From the NCBI GenBank assembly GCA_003281005.1, contig QCDE01000005.1, forward strand, positions 5,829-69,828: a DNA stretch of 64,000 nt, read 5' to 3'. The stretch is from Pelagibacteraceae bacterium AG-349-O05 (lineage in GTDB: Bacteria > Pseudomonadota > Alphaproteobacteria > Pelagibacterales > Pelagibacteraceae). Position numbers and translations under genes: made by a program. Of this stretch, positions 49,153 to 60,323 are shown piece by piece (position 1 is the stretch's first letter; every line of letters starts with the position of its first letter). The notes below the pieces were generated by a model, which was given only the letters and a program-made list of their open reading frames with translations, ran no database searches and had not been told where the DNA came from.

Positions 49153-50052
49153 TTAATTTAATTTATTTTGATCGTCTTCTCTCAAAACTGTTTTTTGAGA
49201 AACTCTTAATCTTACTAGAACAGTATTCGCTATATAAATAGAGGAATAAGTTCCAAAAACAACACCCAATATCATAGCAAGTGAAAATCCTTTAAGTATC
49301 TCACCACCAAAAAAATAGATAGCTAATAAAGCTAGTAAAGTAGTTGCTGAGGTTATTATTGTTCTTGATAAAGTTTCATTAATTGAAATATTTGTTAATT
49401 CAAAAATTTTAATATCTGAATATTTTCTCAAATTTTCTCTTACACGATCGAAAATGACCACTGTATCATTCATAGAATATCCTACTATTGTTAATACAGC
49501 TGCTATAATTGATAAGTTTATTTCTAAACTAAATAATGAAAAAACTCCTAGAGTTACAATAACATCATGAAACAAAGCTAAAATTGCACCTAAACTAAAC
49601 TGCCATTCAAATCTTATCCAAATATAAATCAGCATTAATGCTAATGATAAAGATATTGCTATTACACCTGATTTTAATAACTCAGCACTAACTTTTGGAC
49701 CAACATTTTCAACTCTTCTAAAATCATAGTTGTTTCCAAAAGATTTATCTAAATTAGCTTTTATTTCTTCAATGATGTTCTTCTTATTGTCTTTATTTTC
49801 AAATTTTACCAAAAAATCAGTATCATTACCAAATTTCTTAACTGAAACATCTCCTAAATCCATTTGGTTAAATCTATCTCTTAATGAACTAACATTTATT
49901 TTAGAATCTGAAGCTCTTAATTCAATTAATGTCCCACCTTTAAAGTCTATACCAAAATTAAGTCCTTTAAATATTAATAATAATAATGAAACAACAATTA
50001 AAACTGATGATAGTAAATTAAAATGATTATAATATTTATTAAAAGCAATCAT
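49153..50052 (-). CDS. secF: Protein translocase subunit SecF
   Basis: GIDFKGG, VGPKVS, GYSMNDTVVIFDRVRE. Confidence 0.96.
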   Translation of the reverse strand: MIAFNKYYNHFNLLSSVLIVVSLLLLIFKGLNFGIDFKGGTLIELRASDSKINVSSLRDRFNQMDLGDVSVKKFGNDTDFLVKFENKDNKKNIIEEIKANLDKSFGNNYDFRRVENVGPKVSAELLKSGVIAISLSLALMLIYIWIRFEWQFSLGAILALFHDVIVTLGVFSLFSLEINLSIIAAVLTIVGYSMNDTVVIFDRVRENLRKYSDIKIFELTNISINETLSRTIITSATTLLALLAIYFFGGEILKGFSLAMILGVVFGTYSSIYIANTVLVRLRVSQKTVLREDDQNKLN

Positions 50053-51605
50053 TATATCAATTTTTCCTTATTTTTATTTCTTGATACATAAATGCTAGTG
50101 AATAATCTTGCTATAAAATAAACTGAAAATAATGTTGTAAATATTCCAACTCCCAAGGTTACAGCAAAACCTTTGACTGGGCCTGAACCCATGAAAAATA
50201 AAATAATTGCAGCTAATAATGTAGTAATATTAGCATCTAAAATTGCTGTTCTGGATTTAGTATAACCACCATCAAAAGCCAAAATATTATTAGTCTCGTC
50301 TTTTAATTCTTCTTTTATCCTCTCAAAAATTAAAACATTTGCATCAACAGCCATACCTACCGTTAGTATAATTCCTGCAATACCAGGTAATGTTAAAGTG
50401 GCCTCAAATAAAGTTAAAACACCTAAAAGTATAAACAAATTAACTATTAGTGTTACATTGGTAATTAATCCAAAAATTTTATATTTTACAAACATAAAAA
50501 TTATCACCAACATAAAACCTATCGCCAAAGCAATCATTCCTGCGTTAATTGAATCTTGCCCAAGATCTGGACCAACTGTTCTTTCTTCAATTATTTCTAA
50601 TGGAGCAGGTAATGCTCCTGATCTTAACAATAAAGCTAAATCAGTTGCTGTTTGAAAAGTAAAGCCACCGCTTATCTGACCAGATCCACTGGCAATAGTA
50701 TCTCTAACTACAGGTGCGCTAATAATTTTACCATCTAAAACAATTGCCAATTGCTTACCAATACCTGTTGAAGTTGCTTTACCAAATCTTTTTGCACCTA
50801 CTCTATCTAATGTAAATGAAACAATTGTTTGGTTTGTTTGTGTATCCATTTTTGGTTGAGCATCGAGTAAATTTTCACCACTTATTATAATTCTTTTACT
50901 AACTGTGGCTTCTTCTAGACCATTTTCAAATTTTAACTTTTCAACACCAAAACGATCATTTTCGTCATTTGTTACAAATCGAAATGTAAGGTTTGCAGTT
51001 TTTCCAAGTAATGATTTTATTCTCATTGGATCATCTAATCCAGGAAGCTCAACTAAAATTCGGTTATTCCCTCTTTTAAGTATATTGGGTTCATTAGTTC
51101 CAACCTCATCTACCCTTCTTCTAACTATTTCTATAGCTTGGTCTTGAGAGGAAGTTTTAAGTTTAATTAAACCCTGTCTTGAAAAATTAACTTTAAAATT
51201 TAATCCTGTATCTTCAATTTCTAACTGATGTGATTTAAATCTTGGGTAATAAGGATTAAGATCACTATTTTCATCCTGAAAAATATCTAAGACAGATTGC
51301 TTATCATTATCTGATACATTAAAAAAAATATTTTGATTATCTATTTTTATGTTGTTTATTTTAATATTTTTTTCTTTGAAGTAATTTCTGATTGTTGTTG
51401 TTAGGTTTTGTAATTTTTGTTCAATTACAGGTTCATTATCAATTTCAAGTAACAGATATGATCCACCCTGGAGATCTAATCCTAAGTTAATTTTTTTATC
51501 AAAAAAACTATCATCAAACTTAAAAAGATTTGATGAAGCAATTAAAATAAATAAAACTGAAAAAAGAATTATAAATATTATTCTTAACTTAGAGAAATAA
51601 AGCAC
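50052..51605 (-). CDS. secD: Protein translocase subunit SecD
   Basis: LGLDLQGG, LRSGALPA, VGPDLG, GMAVDANVLIFERIKEE; GTG start. Confidence 0.96.
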   Translation of the reverse strand: MLYFSKLRIIFIILFSVLFILIASSNLFKFDDSFFDKKINLGLDLQGGSYLLLEIDNEPVIEQKLQNLTTTIRNYFKEKNIKINNIKIDNQNIFFNVSDNDKQSVLDIFQDENSDLNPYYPRFKSHQLEIEDTGLNFKVNFSRQGLIKLKTSSQDQAIEIVRRRVDEVGTNEPNILKRGNNRILVELPGLDDPMRIKSLLGKTANLTFRFVTNDENDRFGVEKLKFENGLEEATVSKRIIISGENLLDAQPKMDTQTNQTIVSFTLDRVGAKRFGKATSTGIGKQLAIVLDGKIISAPVVRDTIASGSGQISGGFTFQTATDLALLLRSGALPAPLEIIEERTVGPDLGQDSINAGMIALAIGFMLVIIFMFVKYKIFGLITNVTLIVNLFILLGVLTLFEATLTLPGIAGIILTVGMAVDANVLIFERIKEELKDETNNILAFDGGYTKSRTAILDANITTLLAAIILFFMGSGPVKGFAVTLGVGIFTTLFSVYFIARLFTSIYVSRNKNKEKLI

Positions 51606-51619
51606 TTAACTAAAAATAA

Positions 51620-51913
51620 TTATTTTTTAACTTCTTGAGTATTTGTATTAACAAGACTTTGAATACCGGTAGATTTAACTATCTCAACTTTTACATTTTC
51701 AGCAATTTCTACTTCAACTTTATCATTGTCAATTAGTCTCTCAACTGTTCCTGTAATACCACCAGAAGTGACAACCTTGTCACCTCTTTTTAGACTTTCG
51801 ACCATAGCTTTATGCTCTTTAACTTTTTTTTGCTGTGGTCTGATTAAGAAAAAATAAAAAATAACAAAAATTAAAATTAACGGTATAAACTGTCCTATTC
51901 CCGAACCTTCCAT
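51620..51913 (-). CDS. yajC: Preprotein translocase subunit YajC
   Basis: FYFFLIRPQQK, GDKVVTSGG. Confidence 0.95.
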   Translation of the reverse strand: MEGSGIGQFIPLILIFVIFYFFLIRPQQKKVKEHKAMVESLKRGDKVVTSGGITGTVERLIDNDKVEVEIAENVKVEIVKSTGIQSLVNTNTQEVKK

Positions 51914-51968
51914 AAATCTCCTTATAAATTATGTGAATACTTATACTATCTATGTAATTAAAACAACT

Positions 51969-53228
51969 TTATTTAGCTGAAATCAATTCCAAATTATTCA
52001 TATACGGTCGCAGCACCTTAGGAACAATAATCGAACCATCTTTTTGTTGATAGTTTTCTAGTACGGCAATTAATGTTCTGCCCACAGCTAAGCCACTACC
52101 ATTTAATGTTCCAACAAAAACAGTTTCTTTGTTTTTATTTTTATATCTTGATTTCATTCTTTGTGCCTGAAATGTTGAACAAGAAGAGCATGACGATATT
52201 TCGCGATACTTGTTTTCTGATGGTAACCATACTTCAATATCATAGGTTTTTTCTGCACTAAAACCCATATCACCAGAACATAAAATTATTTTTCTATAAG
52301 GCAACTCTAACTTATCTAGAATATCTGTTGCACAATTAGTCATGCGCTCTAATTCATCTAAACAATTTTCTTTTTCGACAATACTTACCATCTCAACTTT
52401 ATAAAATTGATGTTGTCTTATCATTCCTTTTGTATCTTTTCCATAGCTACCAGCTTCTTTTCTAAAACATGGAGTTGAAGCAACAAATCTCATTGGTAAT
52501 TCTTTTTGATCAACAATTCTATCTTTAACAATGTTTGTTAAAATTACTTCTGCAGTTGGAATTAAAAATTTTCTATCAGATCCTTCATCAAATTTTATTT
52601 CAAATTGATCGTTTTCAAATTTTGGTAATTGGCCAGTTCCATACATTGTATTATCAGAAGCAATCAATGGAGGTGAAATCTCTTGATAACCATTTTGAAC
52701 AATATGGGTATCTAGCATAAAGTTAGATAATGCTCGTTCCAGTAATGCTAACTCTTTTTTAACAAATACAAATCTTGACCCAGTTGTTTTTGTTGCAAGA
52801 TCAAAATCAAGCATACTTAAATTTTCACCAATTTCGTAATGTGATTTGGGTTTAAAATCAAAATCTGGTACTTTCCCAGATTTTAAAACTTCTACATTAT
52901 CATTTTCATCTTTCCCATTTGGAACATCTTGATGAGGTATGTTTGGTATATTTGATAAAATATTATCTAATTCATTTTTAGTATTTTTTTGTTGCTCAGT
53001 AATCTTTTCTAATTCTGCAGATATTTCTTTAGATTTTTTGAATAAGCTTTCGTCTTTAGATTTTGAAATATCTTTTTTTTCTTTTTCTAAATTTTCTTTC
53101 TTCTGAATTAAATCTCTATTTAATTCATCAAGCTTTTTTAAGTTATTAAAATTAATTTTAACTGAACGTTTTTCAAGATCTTTTTCAAATTTTGAAAAAT
53201 CTTTTCTAATTTCTTTCAAATTATGCAT
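51969..53228 (-). CDS. serS: Serine--tRNA ligase
   Basis: [39 protein letters not shown]. Confidence 0.97.
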   Translation of the reverse strand: MHNLKEIRKDFSKFEKDLEKRSVKINFNNLKKLDELNRDLIQKKENLEKEKKDISKSKDESLFKKSKEISAELEKITEQQKNTKNELDNILSNIPNIPHQDVPNGKDENDNVEVLKSGKVPDFDFKPKSHYEIGENLSMLDFDLATKTTGSRFVFVKKELALLERALSNFMLDTHIVQNGYQEISPPLIASDNTMYGTGQLPKFENDQFEIKFDEGSDRKFLIPTAEVILTNIVKDRIVDQKELPMRFVASTPCFRKEAGSYGKDTKGMIRQHQFYKVEMVSIVEKENCLDELERMTNCATDILDKLELPYRKIILCSGDMGFSAEKTYDIEVWLPSENKYREISSCSSCSTFQAQRMKSRYKNKNKETVFVGTLNGSGLAVGRTLIAVLENYQQKDGSIIVPKVLRPYMNNLELISAK

Positions 53229-53991
53229 CAGTCTTTTCTAAATTTTTGTTTTCTATAAATTTTACTGAAAATATTGATAATTCATATAAAATTAATAAAG
53301 GAATAGCTAAACCTATTTGGGTAATTGGATCTGGTGGCGTAAGTAATGCGGCAGCAGCAAATATAATTACTACTACATACTTTCTTCTTTCTTTTAGAAA
53401 TTGACTGTCAACAACACCAATTCTTGCTAATAAACTTAAAACTATTGGGAGTTGGAAACTTATTCCAAATGCAAAAATTAACTTCATAACAAGTGATAAG
53501 TATTCATTTACCTTGGCTTCTAATTGAATTGGTAAACTTGTAGACATTCCTGTGCTTTCAAATGATAAAAAGAATTTAATAGCTAGAGGCATTATCAAGT
53601 AGTAAACAAGCATGCCTCCTAAAAAGAAAAGAATAGGTGTTAAGATAAGATATGGAAGTATGGCAACTTTTTCATGCTTATATAAACCAGGTGCAATAAA
53701 TTTCCATATTTGCATAAGAATAAATGGGCAAGTCACGAAGAAAGCTGTGAAAAAGGATACCTTAATATAAGTTAAAAAAGTTTCTTGTAAGGCTGTAAAA
53801 ATAAGCCTTCTGTCAGATCCATCATTTTTTACAGCTTGAGCAAATGGATCAACTAAAAAACCGTATATGTGTTCTGCAAATATATAACAAATAACAAAAA
53901 AGATTATTAGAAATATAAAACTATGTATTAATCTTTTTCTTAATTCTGTTAGATGGCTAACAAATCCACCTTCATTTTCTTCATTGCTCAT
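53221..53991 (-). CDS. tatC: Twin-arginine translocase subunit TatC
   Basis: [21 protein letters not shown]. Confidence 0.96.
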   Translation of the reverse strand: MSNEENEGGFVSHLTELRKRLIHSFIFLIIFFVICYIFAEHIYGFLVDPFAQAVKNDGSDRRLIFTALQETFLTYIKVSFFTAFFVTCPFILMQIWKFIAPGLYKHEKVAILPYLILTPILFFLGGMLVYYLIMPLAIKFFLSFESTGMSTSLPIQLEAKVNEYLSLVMKLIFAFGISFQLPIVLSLLARIGVVDSQFLKERRKYVVVIIFAAAALLTPPDPITQIGLAIPLLILYELSIFSVKFIENKNLEKTDA

Positions 53992-54202
53992 CTTTTTTAG
54001 TTTCTTTTTTTATTTCATTATCAATTTTTTGTTCATCAATTTCTAAATTAGAAACTTCATTTTGAATGTTGCTTACATATCTTTTTGCTGTTCCTATCCA
54101 AGAGCCTGCTTTCTTTAACATAATTGGAAAATCTTTAGGACCAAGAACAACAATTGCAATACCAACAACAATTAATATCTCAAACCAACCAATAGTAGGC
54201 AT
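53981..54202 (-). CDS. tatB: Twin-arginine translocase subunit TatB
   Basis: IGWFEIL...VVLGPKDFP; lies between tatA and tatC. Confidence 0.9.
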   Translation of the reverse strand: MPTIGWFEILIVVGIAIVVLGPKDFPIMLKKAGSWIGTAKRYVSNIQNEVSNLEIDEQKIDNEIKKETKKDEQ

Positions 54203-54207
54203 GTGAT

Positions 54208-54408
54208 TTAATCTTTATTTTCTGAGTCTTTATTTTCGTCGGATATATTTTTTGGCTCTGTATCGTCAGTAACATCTGACGCCATTCCTTTTTTGAAACT
54301 TTTAATTCCCTTAGCTACATCACCCATCAGACTAGAAATTTTACCTCGTCCAAATAATAAGACTACTAATATAACTACGATTGCTATTTGCCAAATTCCT
54401 ATGCTCAT
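54208..54408 (-). CDS. tatA: Twin-arginine translocase subunit TatA
   Basis: [24 protein letters not shown]. Confidence 0.95.
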   Translation of the reverse strand: MSIGIWQIAIVVILVVLLFGRGKISSLMGDVAKGIKSFKKGMASDVTDDTEPKNISDENKDSENKD

Positions 54409-54455
54409 GAAAAACTTATAACCTTTTTATGGTTAATTTAAAAGTTACTTTTTTG

Positions 54456-55157
54456 TTAATCTTTCTCTTCTGTATCAAGAGTGCTGTTTAACATCTCATC
54501 AATATTGGAATAAATATCCTCTTTTTTTTCTTCTTGTTTTTCTTTGTAGAATTTACCAGTTCCAAATATTGCATTATCAATACTAGAACTATCAATTAAT
54601 CCAGCTGCACCTAATTCATCAATTGTTGGTAAATCAGATAATTTTTGAAGATTAAAATGACTTAAAAATTCATCAGTTGTAACATATTGAATTGGTCTAC
54701 CTGGTACATCTTTACGACCACCTGGCTTAACCCAGTTAAGCTCCATCAATATTTCGAGAGTATTTGTACCAAAGGCTACACCTCTTATTTCTTCAATCTC
54801 TGCTCTAGTAACAGGCTGATGATATACAATTATAGCCAAAGTTTCTACTGCAGCTCTAGAAAGTTTTTTTTCAACCGTTCTTTCTTGTGACATGATGTTT
54901 GACAAGTTAGGAGAAGTTCTGAAGGACCACTTTTCTTTTATACAAACCAGATTAATTCCACGTTTAGAGTATTCTTGCTGCAACTTTTCTAATGATTTAG
55001 AGACGCTACCTTTTTTAGTAACTTTACTTTCAATTGTATCAACATCTAATGGTTCAGCAGCAGCAAAGATAATTGCTTCGATTTCTTTTTCTAAATCAGT
55101 TAACTTAGATGGAAATTTAACAATATTATCTTTTGCAATTTTTTCTTTTTTAATCAT
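54456..55157 (-). CDS. scpB: SMC-Scp complex subunit ScpB
   Basis: EAIIFAA.EP, LSRAAVETLAII.YHQPVTRAEIEEIRGV, FL.HF.L..L.DLP. Confidence 0.94.
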   Translation of the reverse strand: MIKKEKIAKDNIVKFPSKLTDLEKEIEAIIFAAAEPLDVDTIESKVTKKGSVSKSLEKLQQEYSKRGINLVCIKEKWSFRTSPNLSNIMSQERTVEKKLSRAAVETLAIIVYHQPVTRAEIEEIRGVAFGTNTLEILMELNWVKPGGRKDVPGRPIQYVTTDEFLSHFNLQKLSDLPTIDELGAAGLIDSSSIDNAIFGTGKFYKEKQEEKKEDIYSNIDEMLNSTLDTEEKD

Positions 55158-55894
55158 TTTTTTTCCTTTACATAAATATCATCAAATAACCTATCTTGTT
55201 TCATAGTTAAATTTCCTTCTTTAACTAACTCCAACGATCCAGAAAATATTCCTGCTTTACCAGTACGTTTATATTTTGAACCACTTTTAAAATTTTGGGG
55301 AATTAAATCATCTAATTTCTTCCAATCAATTAATTTGCCAAAAAATTCTCTTATTGTTTTAATTCCATTTTCTGTTGTGAATACAGGCAATTTAGGAATA
55401 TTCATTTTTTGAAAGTCCTTTGTCATTATAATTGTTGAATATGACTTAAGAAGCTCAAATAAACTTAAATTATATTCTGTGCTATAGATTGATCTTATAT
55501 TCCCTTTCATTCCTCTTGATCGAATTTCTCTTCCCAATCTCTTCCTTTTAAGCATTTGTTCAGAGAGCAATCTTATTAATTCTAGTTTTTTAAGTTGTAA
55601 TTTTAATTTTTCAGCAACTTCTTGAACTTTAAATTCTTCTTCTGGTGTTCCTGGAAGTAATAATTTAGATTTTAAATAAGCTAACCAAGTTGCCATCAAT
55701 AAATATTCTGACGCAATTTCTAAATTTAAATCTTTTTCGTTTGTAATATAATCGTGAAACTGATCTGCTAACTTTGTAATTGATATCTCTTCAAGATCTA
55801 CTTTTTGAGCTTTTGCTAAATCTAAGAGGACATCTAGAGGGCCATTATAATTATTAATATCAACATTAAATAATGCAGAATCGTAAATAGTCAT
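55154..55894 (-). CDS. scpA: Segregation/condensation protein ScpA
   Basis: GPLDVLL.LA, EYLLMA.WLAYLKS.LLLP, LELVKEG. Confidence 0.93.
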   Translation of the reverse strand: MTIYDSALFNVDINNYNGPLDVLLDLAKAQKVDLEEISITKLADQFHDYITNEKDLNLEIASEYLLMATWLAYLKSKLLLPGTPEEEFKVQEVAEKLKLQLKKLELIRLLSEQMLKRKRLGREIRSRGMKGNIRSIYSTEYNLSLFELLKSYSTIIMTKDFQKMNIPKLPVFTTENGIKTIREFFGKLIDWKKLDDLIPQNFKSGSKYKRTGKAGIFSGSLELVKEGNLTMKQDRLFDDIYVKEKK

Positions 55895-55903
55895 GCTCAG
55901 ATA

Positions 55904-56854
55904 TTAACTTAAAATTTTATAAAATAACGATGTTTTTTTTATAATAAAATTACTTACCTTTGGTGAATTATCACCAACCACCTTCATTTCAGACAATTTA
56001 CCATTACAATGAAGAGCAAGATTACAACCTGCACTAAACGTTTTAATAGTATTAGTTTTTAAATCATCTTTTAAACTTTTCATTGATAAATCATCTGAAA
56101 TTAAAATGTTTTTAAAGCCAATTATCTTTCTAATTAAATCTATAATTTTTTTAGAGTGTGTAGCTGTATTTAACTTATCAATGCTTCGATATATTACATG
56201 TGCTGTCATTGCAAAATAACTCTGTTTTTTCTTAAATGGAAAAAAATCATTTTTGATCAAATAATTTAAGTTTTTTTTAACTACAGGTGTAAATTTATGA
56301 CTATCTACCTTAGCTAATCCATGCCCTGGTATGTGTTTCATCACAGTTCCAATAGAATTTTCTTGAAAATAATCAATACAAATATCTCCAATTTTAGAGA
56401 TATTTTTTTTATTTTTTGAAAAAGACCTATCACCAATTATGTTACTAGCTCCTTTAACTCGAAGATCTAAAACAGGAACAGTATTTATATTAACACCAAT
56501 TGATTTTAGTAAATACGAAGTCTTATCAATTAATAATTTATAAATAACATTAAATTTTCTCTTATCTTTGGTGAATAAATTACCAAAATATTCAGAAGTT
56601 AAATTATCAAATGAAATAATTTTACTTAATCGATTTACTCTTCCACCTTCTTGATCAATTAATATTGGGTATTTTTTGTCTTTAAATATCTTTCTTATTT
56701 TATCAGTTAATTTTTTAGTTTGTTCAATTGAACTAATATTTCTTGAAAATAAAATAACACCCCATGGTTTATATTTCTTTAAAAAAATTATTTCTTCCTT
56801 TGATAATTTCGATGATTTTAAACCAACAATAAAGGCTCGTCTGTTTTTAATCAT
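55904..56854 (-). CDS. nagZ: Beta-N-acetylhexosaminidase (GH3)
   Basis: ILFSRN, IDQEGGRV, KHIPGHG...DSH, SDDLSM. Confidence 0.93.
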   Translation of the reverse strand: MIKNRRAFIVGLKSSKLSKEEIIFLKKYKPWGVILFSRNISSIEQTKKLTDKIRKIFKDKKYPILIDQEGGRVNRLSKIISFDNLTSEYFGNLFTKDKRKFNVIYKLLIDKTSYLLKSIGVNINTVPVLDLRVKGASNIIGDRSFSKNKKNISKIGDICIDYFQENSIGTVMKHIPGHGLAKVDSHKFTPVVKKNLNYLIKNDFFPFKKKQSYFAMTAHVIYRSIDKLNTATHSKKIIDLIRKIIGFKNILISDDLSMKSLKDDLKTNTIKTFSAGCNLALHCNGKLSEMKVVGDNSPKVSNFIIKKTSLFYKILS

Positions 56855-57107
56855 TCTCTAAAAGTTTCCAAAAATTAAACTTTTTTTTCTTTTTTTTGTT
56901 TGTTTGTTTAACGTACTCTATTACATTTTGTGTGTCGTTTTCCAAAACAGGTAAATTTTTCGAATATAATTTAATTTTTTCATCGTTATTTTTATAAGAT
57001 CTGTATGATTTCTTCTTATTTTCATCTGAAAAGTAATATCTACCAGTCAAAAAAATAAATAAAGCAATTACAATAATAAAGATTAAATACTTAATTTCTT
57101 TTAACAT
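56847..57107 (-). CDS. Small bitopic membrane protein of unknown function (ftsN position)
   Basis: N-terminal TM; stop/start overlaps with argS and nagZ. Confidence 0.7.
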   Translation of the reverse strand: MLKEIKYLIFIIVIALFIFLTGRYYFSDENKKKSYRSYKNNDEKIKLYSKNLPVLENDTQNVIEYVKQTNKKKKKKFNFWKLLEND

Positions 57108-58840
57108 TACATTTTATCTGGTGTATCTACACCAACTATGTCCATTCCTGATTTTACAACGTTAGATATTGCTTTTAAAAAAATTAATTTATCTGGTGAA
57201 ACTGTTTTTTGATCATTAATAAATCTTTTTTCTGGGTTATGTTTACCAAGATTCCAATACGAGTGAAATTCTGAGGCTAAATCATATAAATAAACAGGTA
57301 TTCTATGTGGTTCTAATTTTGAGCTAGCTGCATCAATGCATTTAGGCCATTCTGAAATCTTTTTTAAAATTTTGATCTCATCATTAGAATATTCAAAACT
57401 AAAATCATCCAATTCAATTTTTGAATTTAAATCTTTATCAATATGTCTAAAGACAGATGAAATTCTGGCATAACAATATTGAACATAATATAACGGATTA
57501 TCTTTTGATTTTTCTTTTACAGCATCAAAATCAAAATCTAATTCCACATCACTACTTCTGTTAAGCATAATAAATCTAGTTGCGTCTTTTCCAACCTCTT
57601 CGATTAAATCATCAACAGTGATGTAGTCTCCCTTTCGTTTAGACATCTTAAAAGGTTTGTTATCTTTAATTAATTTTACAAGCTGACTAATTTTACAGAT
57701 TAATTTATCTTTTTTTCCAGACAAAGCTTCAACTGAGGATGAAATTCTTTTGATGTAACCAGCATGATCTGCACCAAGAATATTTATTAGATAATCAAAT
57801 TTACGATCTACTTTATTTTTATGATAAGCAACATCACTTGCAAAATAAGTCCATGCTCCATCTGATTTTTGTAATGCTCTATCTTTATCGTCACCAAAAT
57901 CAGTAGATTTAAAAAGTAACTGTTCTCGTTCTACCCAGTTTTTATCGTCTTCTCCAGCTGGAGCTTTAATTTTTCCTTTATATACAAATTTATTTTTTTC
58001 TAAAAATTTAATTACACTCTCTACTTCTTTGTTTGAAACAATGCTTTTTTCACTAACAAAATTATCGTGGTTAATTCCTAGGCTCTTAAGGTTTTTTTTA
58101 ATTAAAAGTAGCGCCTGTTCAATAGATAAAGCTGTTAACTTATCGCTTATTTCCTCATAATCATCAAAATTCAGTTCTGAATTATCTGAAACTATATTTT
58201 TTGCAAAATCGATAAGGTAATCACCTGGATATAGATCAGGGTTATCTTTAGGGAATGTTTCGTTAAATTTTACCTCCCTAATTCTAAAGTATACAGATTT
58301 TGTGAAATTTATAATCTGATTACCATAATCATTTACATAATACTCTTTTGTAACCTTGTGTTTATTAAATATTAATACATTAGATATAACATCACCTAAA
58401 ATAGCTCCTCTACAATGACCAACATGCAAAGGTCCTGTAGGATTAGCTGATACAAATTCAACTAAATAATTATTTTTTTTTTCTTTTTTATTAATTCCAA
58501 ATTTTTCAGCACTATCAATAATTTCTTTAATAAAGTTTGACCAAAAAGATGGTTTAAATTTAATATTTATGAAACCAGGTTTAGCAACTGATATGTTTTC
58601 TATTTGATCATCACTATTTTTTATTTCAGGTGCAAGTTTTTCTGCCAATTCTATTGGAGAGGTTTTGTTTAGTTTCGATAAAACCATTGCAACATTAGTT
58701 GAAATATCACAATCAAATTTTGGAGGTGGTATTTCTGCATTAATACCATTGAAACTTTCTGGAACGATGAGTTGATTTTTTTTACTAAGCTCAACAATAA
58801 TAGATTTAATTTTATCTAAATATAATTCAAAAATATTCAT
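57107..58840 (-). CDS. argS: Arginine--tRNA ligase
   Basis: EFVSANPTGPLHVGH, GADHAGY, KMSKR.G, YVQY.YAR. Confidence 0.97.
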   Translation of the reverse strand: MNIFELYLDKIKSIIVELSKKNQLIVPESFNGINAEIPPPKFDCDISTNVAMVLSKLNKTSPIELAEKLAPEIKNSDDQIENISVAKPGFINIKFKPSFWSNFIKEIIDSAEKFGINKKEKKNNYLVEFVSANPTGPLHVGHCRGAILGDVISNVLIFNKHKVTKEYYVNDYGNQIINFTKSVYFRIREVKFNETFPKDNPDLYPGDYLIDFAKNIVSDNSELNFDDYEEISDKLTALSIEQALLLIKKNLKSLGINHDNFVSEKSIVSNKEVESVIKFLEKNKFVYKGKIKAPAGEDDKNWVEREQLLFKSTDFGDDKDRALQKSDGAWTYFASDVAYHKNKVDRKFDYLINILGADHAGYIKRISSSVEALSGKKDKLICKISQLVKLIKDNKPFKMSKRKGDYITVDDLIEEVGKDATRFIMLNRSSDVELDFDFDAVKEKSKDNPLYYVQYCYARISSVFRHIDKDLNSKIELDDFSFEYSNDEIKILKKISEWPKCIDAASSKLEPHRIPVYLYDLASEFHSYWNLGKHNPEKRFINDQKTVSPDKLIFLKAISNVVKSGMDIVGVDTPDKM

Positions 58841-59955
58841 TTATTATCGTTATAAAGGTTAATTGCATATCTATCTGTCATACCAGATATAAAATCTGAA
58901 ATAGCTCTATATTTGTCTTTAGTCAATTGCTCTTTAGTAAGAAATTTTCTAGGATTTGATTTAATTATTTTAAATAATTTCTTAATTATCCTTTTACCTC
59001 TTTGATTCTTATTAAGCACAGATTTATTGTCGTACATTCTATGTCTTAAAAATGATCTGATTTCTTGTTCTGAATTTTCTATTTTATCTGAAAAAGAAAC
59101 TATTAATTGATTTGATTTTGATACATCTTTTAATGACTTAATTTGAAATTTTTTAATATTTTTTTCTGTATTACTTAGTAAATCTCTTATCATAATATCT
59201 ATTGAATCTCTTATGATTTGGTAAATAGCAATTTTATAATTTTTTTTATTTATTTTGTTTTTATATTTTTGGTAAATATTTTTGAAAAATTCTAATTCAA
59301 CTAATTCCTCAAGTTTAAATAAGTTTGCTTTAATTCCATCCTGAATGTCATGATTATTATATGCAATATCATCTGATATAGCTGATATTTGAGCCTCTAA
59401 TGATGGATAAGTATTAAAATTAATTTTATTTTTAAAAACTTTTAAACCAATTAGTTTTTTGATCATGCTTAGATCATCTACAGGCCCGTTATGTTTTAAA
59501 AGTCCTTCTAAAGTTTCAAGAGTTAAATTTAGCCCAGCAAATTTGAAATATTTGTTTTCTAAAAACATTACAATTCTTAGTGTCTGAAGGTTGTGATCAA
59601 AACCACCATAATTTTGCATACATTCATCTAAAGCATCCTCTCCTGCATGACCAAACGGTGTGTGACCTAAATCATGAGCAAGACTTAAGGTTTCTGCTAA
59701 ATCTTCATTTAATTTAAGGTATTTTGCAATTGATCTTGCTATTTGAGCAACTTCAATTGAATGAGTGATCCTTGTTCTAAAATGATCCCCTTCTGTGTTT
59801 ACAAAAACTTGGGTTTTATGCTTTAGTCTTCTAAATGATGCGCTATGAATTATACGATCTCTGTCACGTTGAAAAGGAGATCTATATTTTGAATTAGCCT
59901 CTTTATTAAGTCTACCTTTACTTTTAAATACGCCTAACAAAGTGTCTTTTTTCAT
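58837..59955 (-). CDS. dgt: Deoxyguanosinetriphosphate triphosphohydrolase (HD domain)
   Basis: FQRDRDRIIHS..FRRL.HKTQV, RTRITHS, HDLGHTPFGHAGE, DDIAY..HD. Confidence 0.93.
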   Translation of the reverse strand: MKKDTLLGVFKSKGRLNKEANSKYRSPFQRDRDRIIHSASFRRLKHKTQVFVNTEGDHFRTRITHSIEVAQIARSIAKYLKLNEDLAETLSLAHDLGHTPFGHAGEDALDECMQNYGGFDHNLQTLRIVMFLENKYFKFAGLNLTLETLEGLLKHNGPVDDLSMIKKLIGLKVFKNKINFNTYPSLEAQISAISDDIAYNNHDIQDGIKANLFKLEELVELEFFKNIYQKYKNKINKKNYKIAIYQIIRDSIDIMIRDLLSNTEKNIKKFQIKSLKDVSKSNQLIVSFSDKIENSEQEIRSFLRHRMYDNKSVLNKNQRGKRIIKKLFKIIKSNPRKFLTKEQLTKDKYRAISDFISGMTDRYAINLYNDNK

Positions 59956-60005
59956 CCTTTAATTTAAATAATTAAGTATTATATTAGTAATACCAGTGTT
60001 CAGAC

Positions 60006-60323
60006 ATGATTAAAGAAATTAAATTTACGGATAAAGCGTTAAAACAAATAGATAATTTGTTATCAAAAAAAGACAAAGGATCATTCTTCAGAATCGCTAT
60101 TAAAGGTGGGGGATGCTCTGGTTTTCAATATGAATTTACGTTTGATAAATCAAAACAAGATGATGATTTAAATTATCAAAATATTTTAATTGATAAAACT
60201 TCAGCTGATTTACTCAAAGGGTCTGAAGTTGATTATGTTTCTGAACTAATTGGTGAACAATTCAAAATTTCTAATCCACAAACCAAATCTTCATGTGGTT
60301 GTGGAGTTTCTTTCTCGCTTTAA
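60006..60323 (+). CDS. erpA: Iron-sulfur cluster insertion protein (HesB/IscA/ErpA)
   Basis: GGGCSGFQY, SCGCGVSF. Confidence 0.88.
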   Translation: MIKEIKFTDKALKQIDNLLSKKDKGSFFRIAIKGGGCSGFQYEFTFDKSKQDDDLNYQNILIDKTSADLLKGSEVDYVSELIGEQFKISNPQTKSSCGCGVSFSL

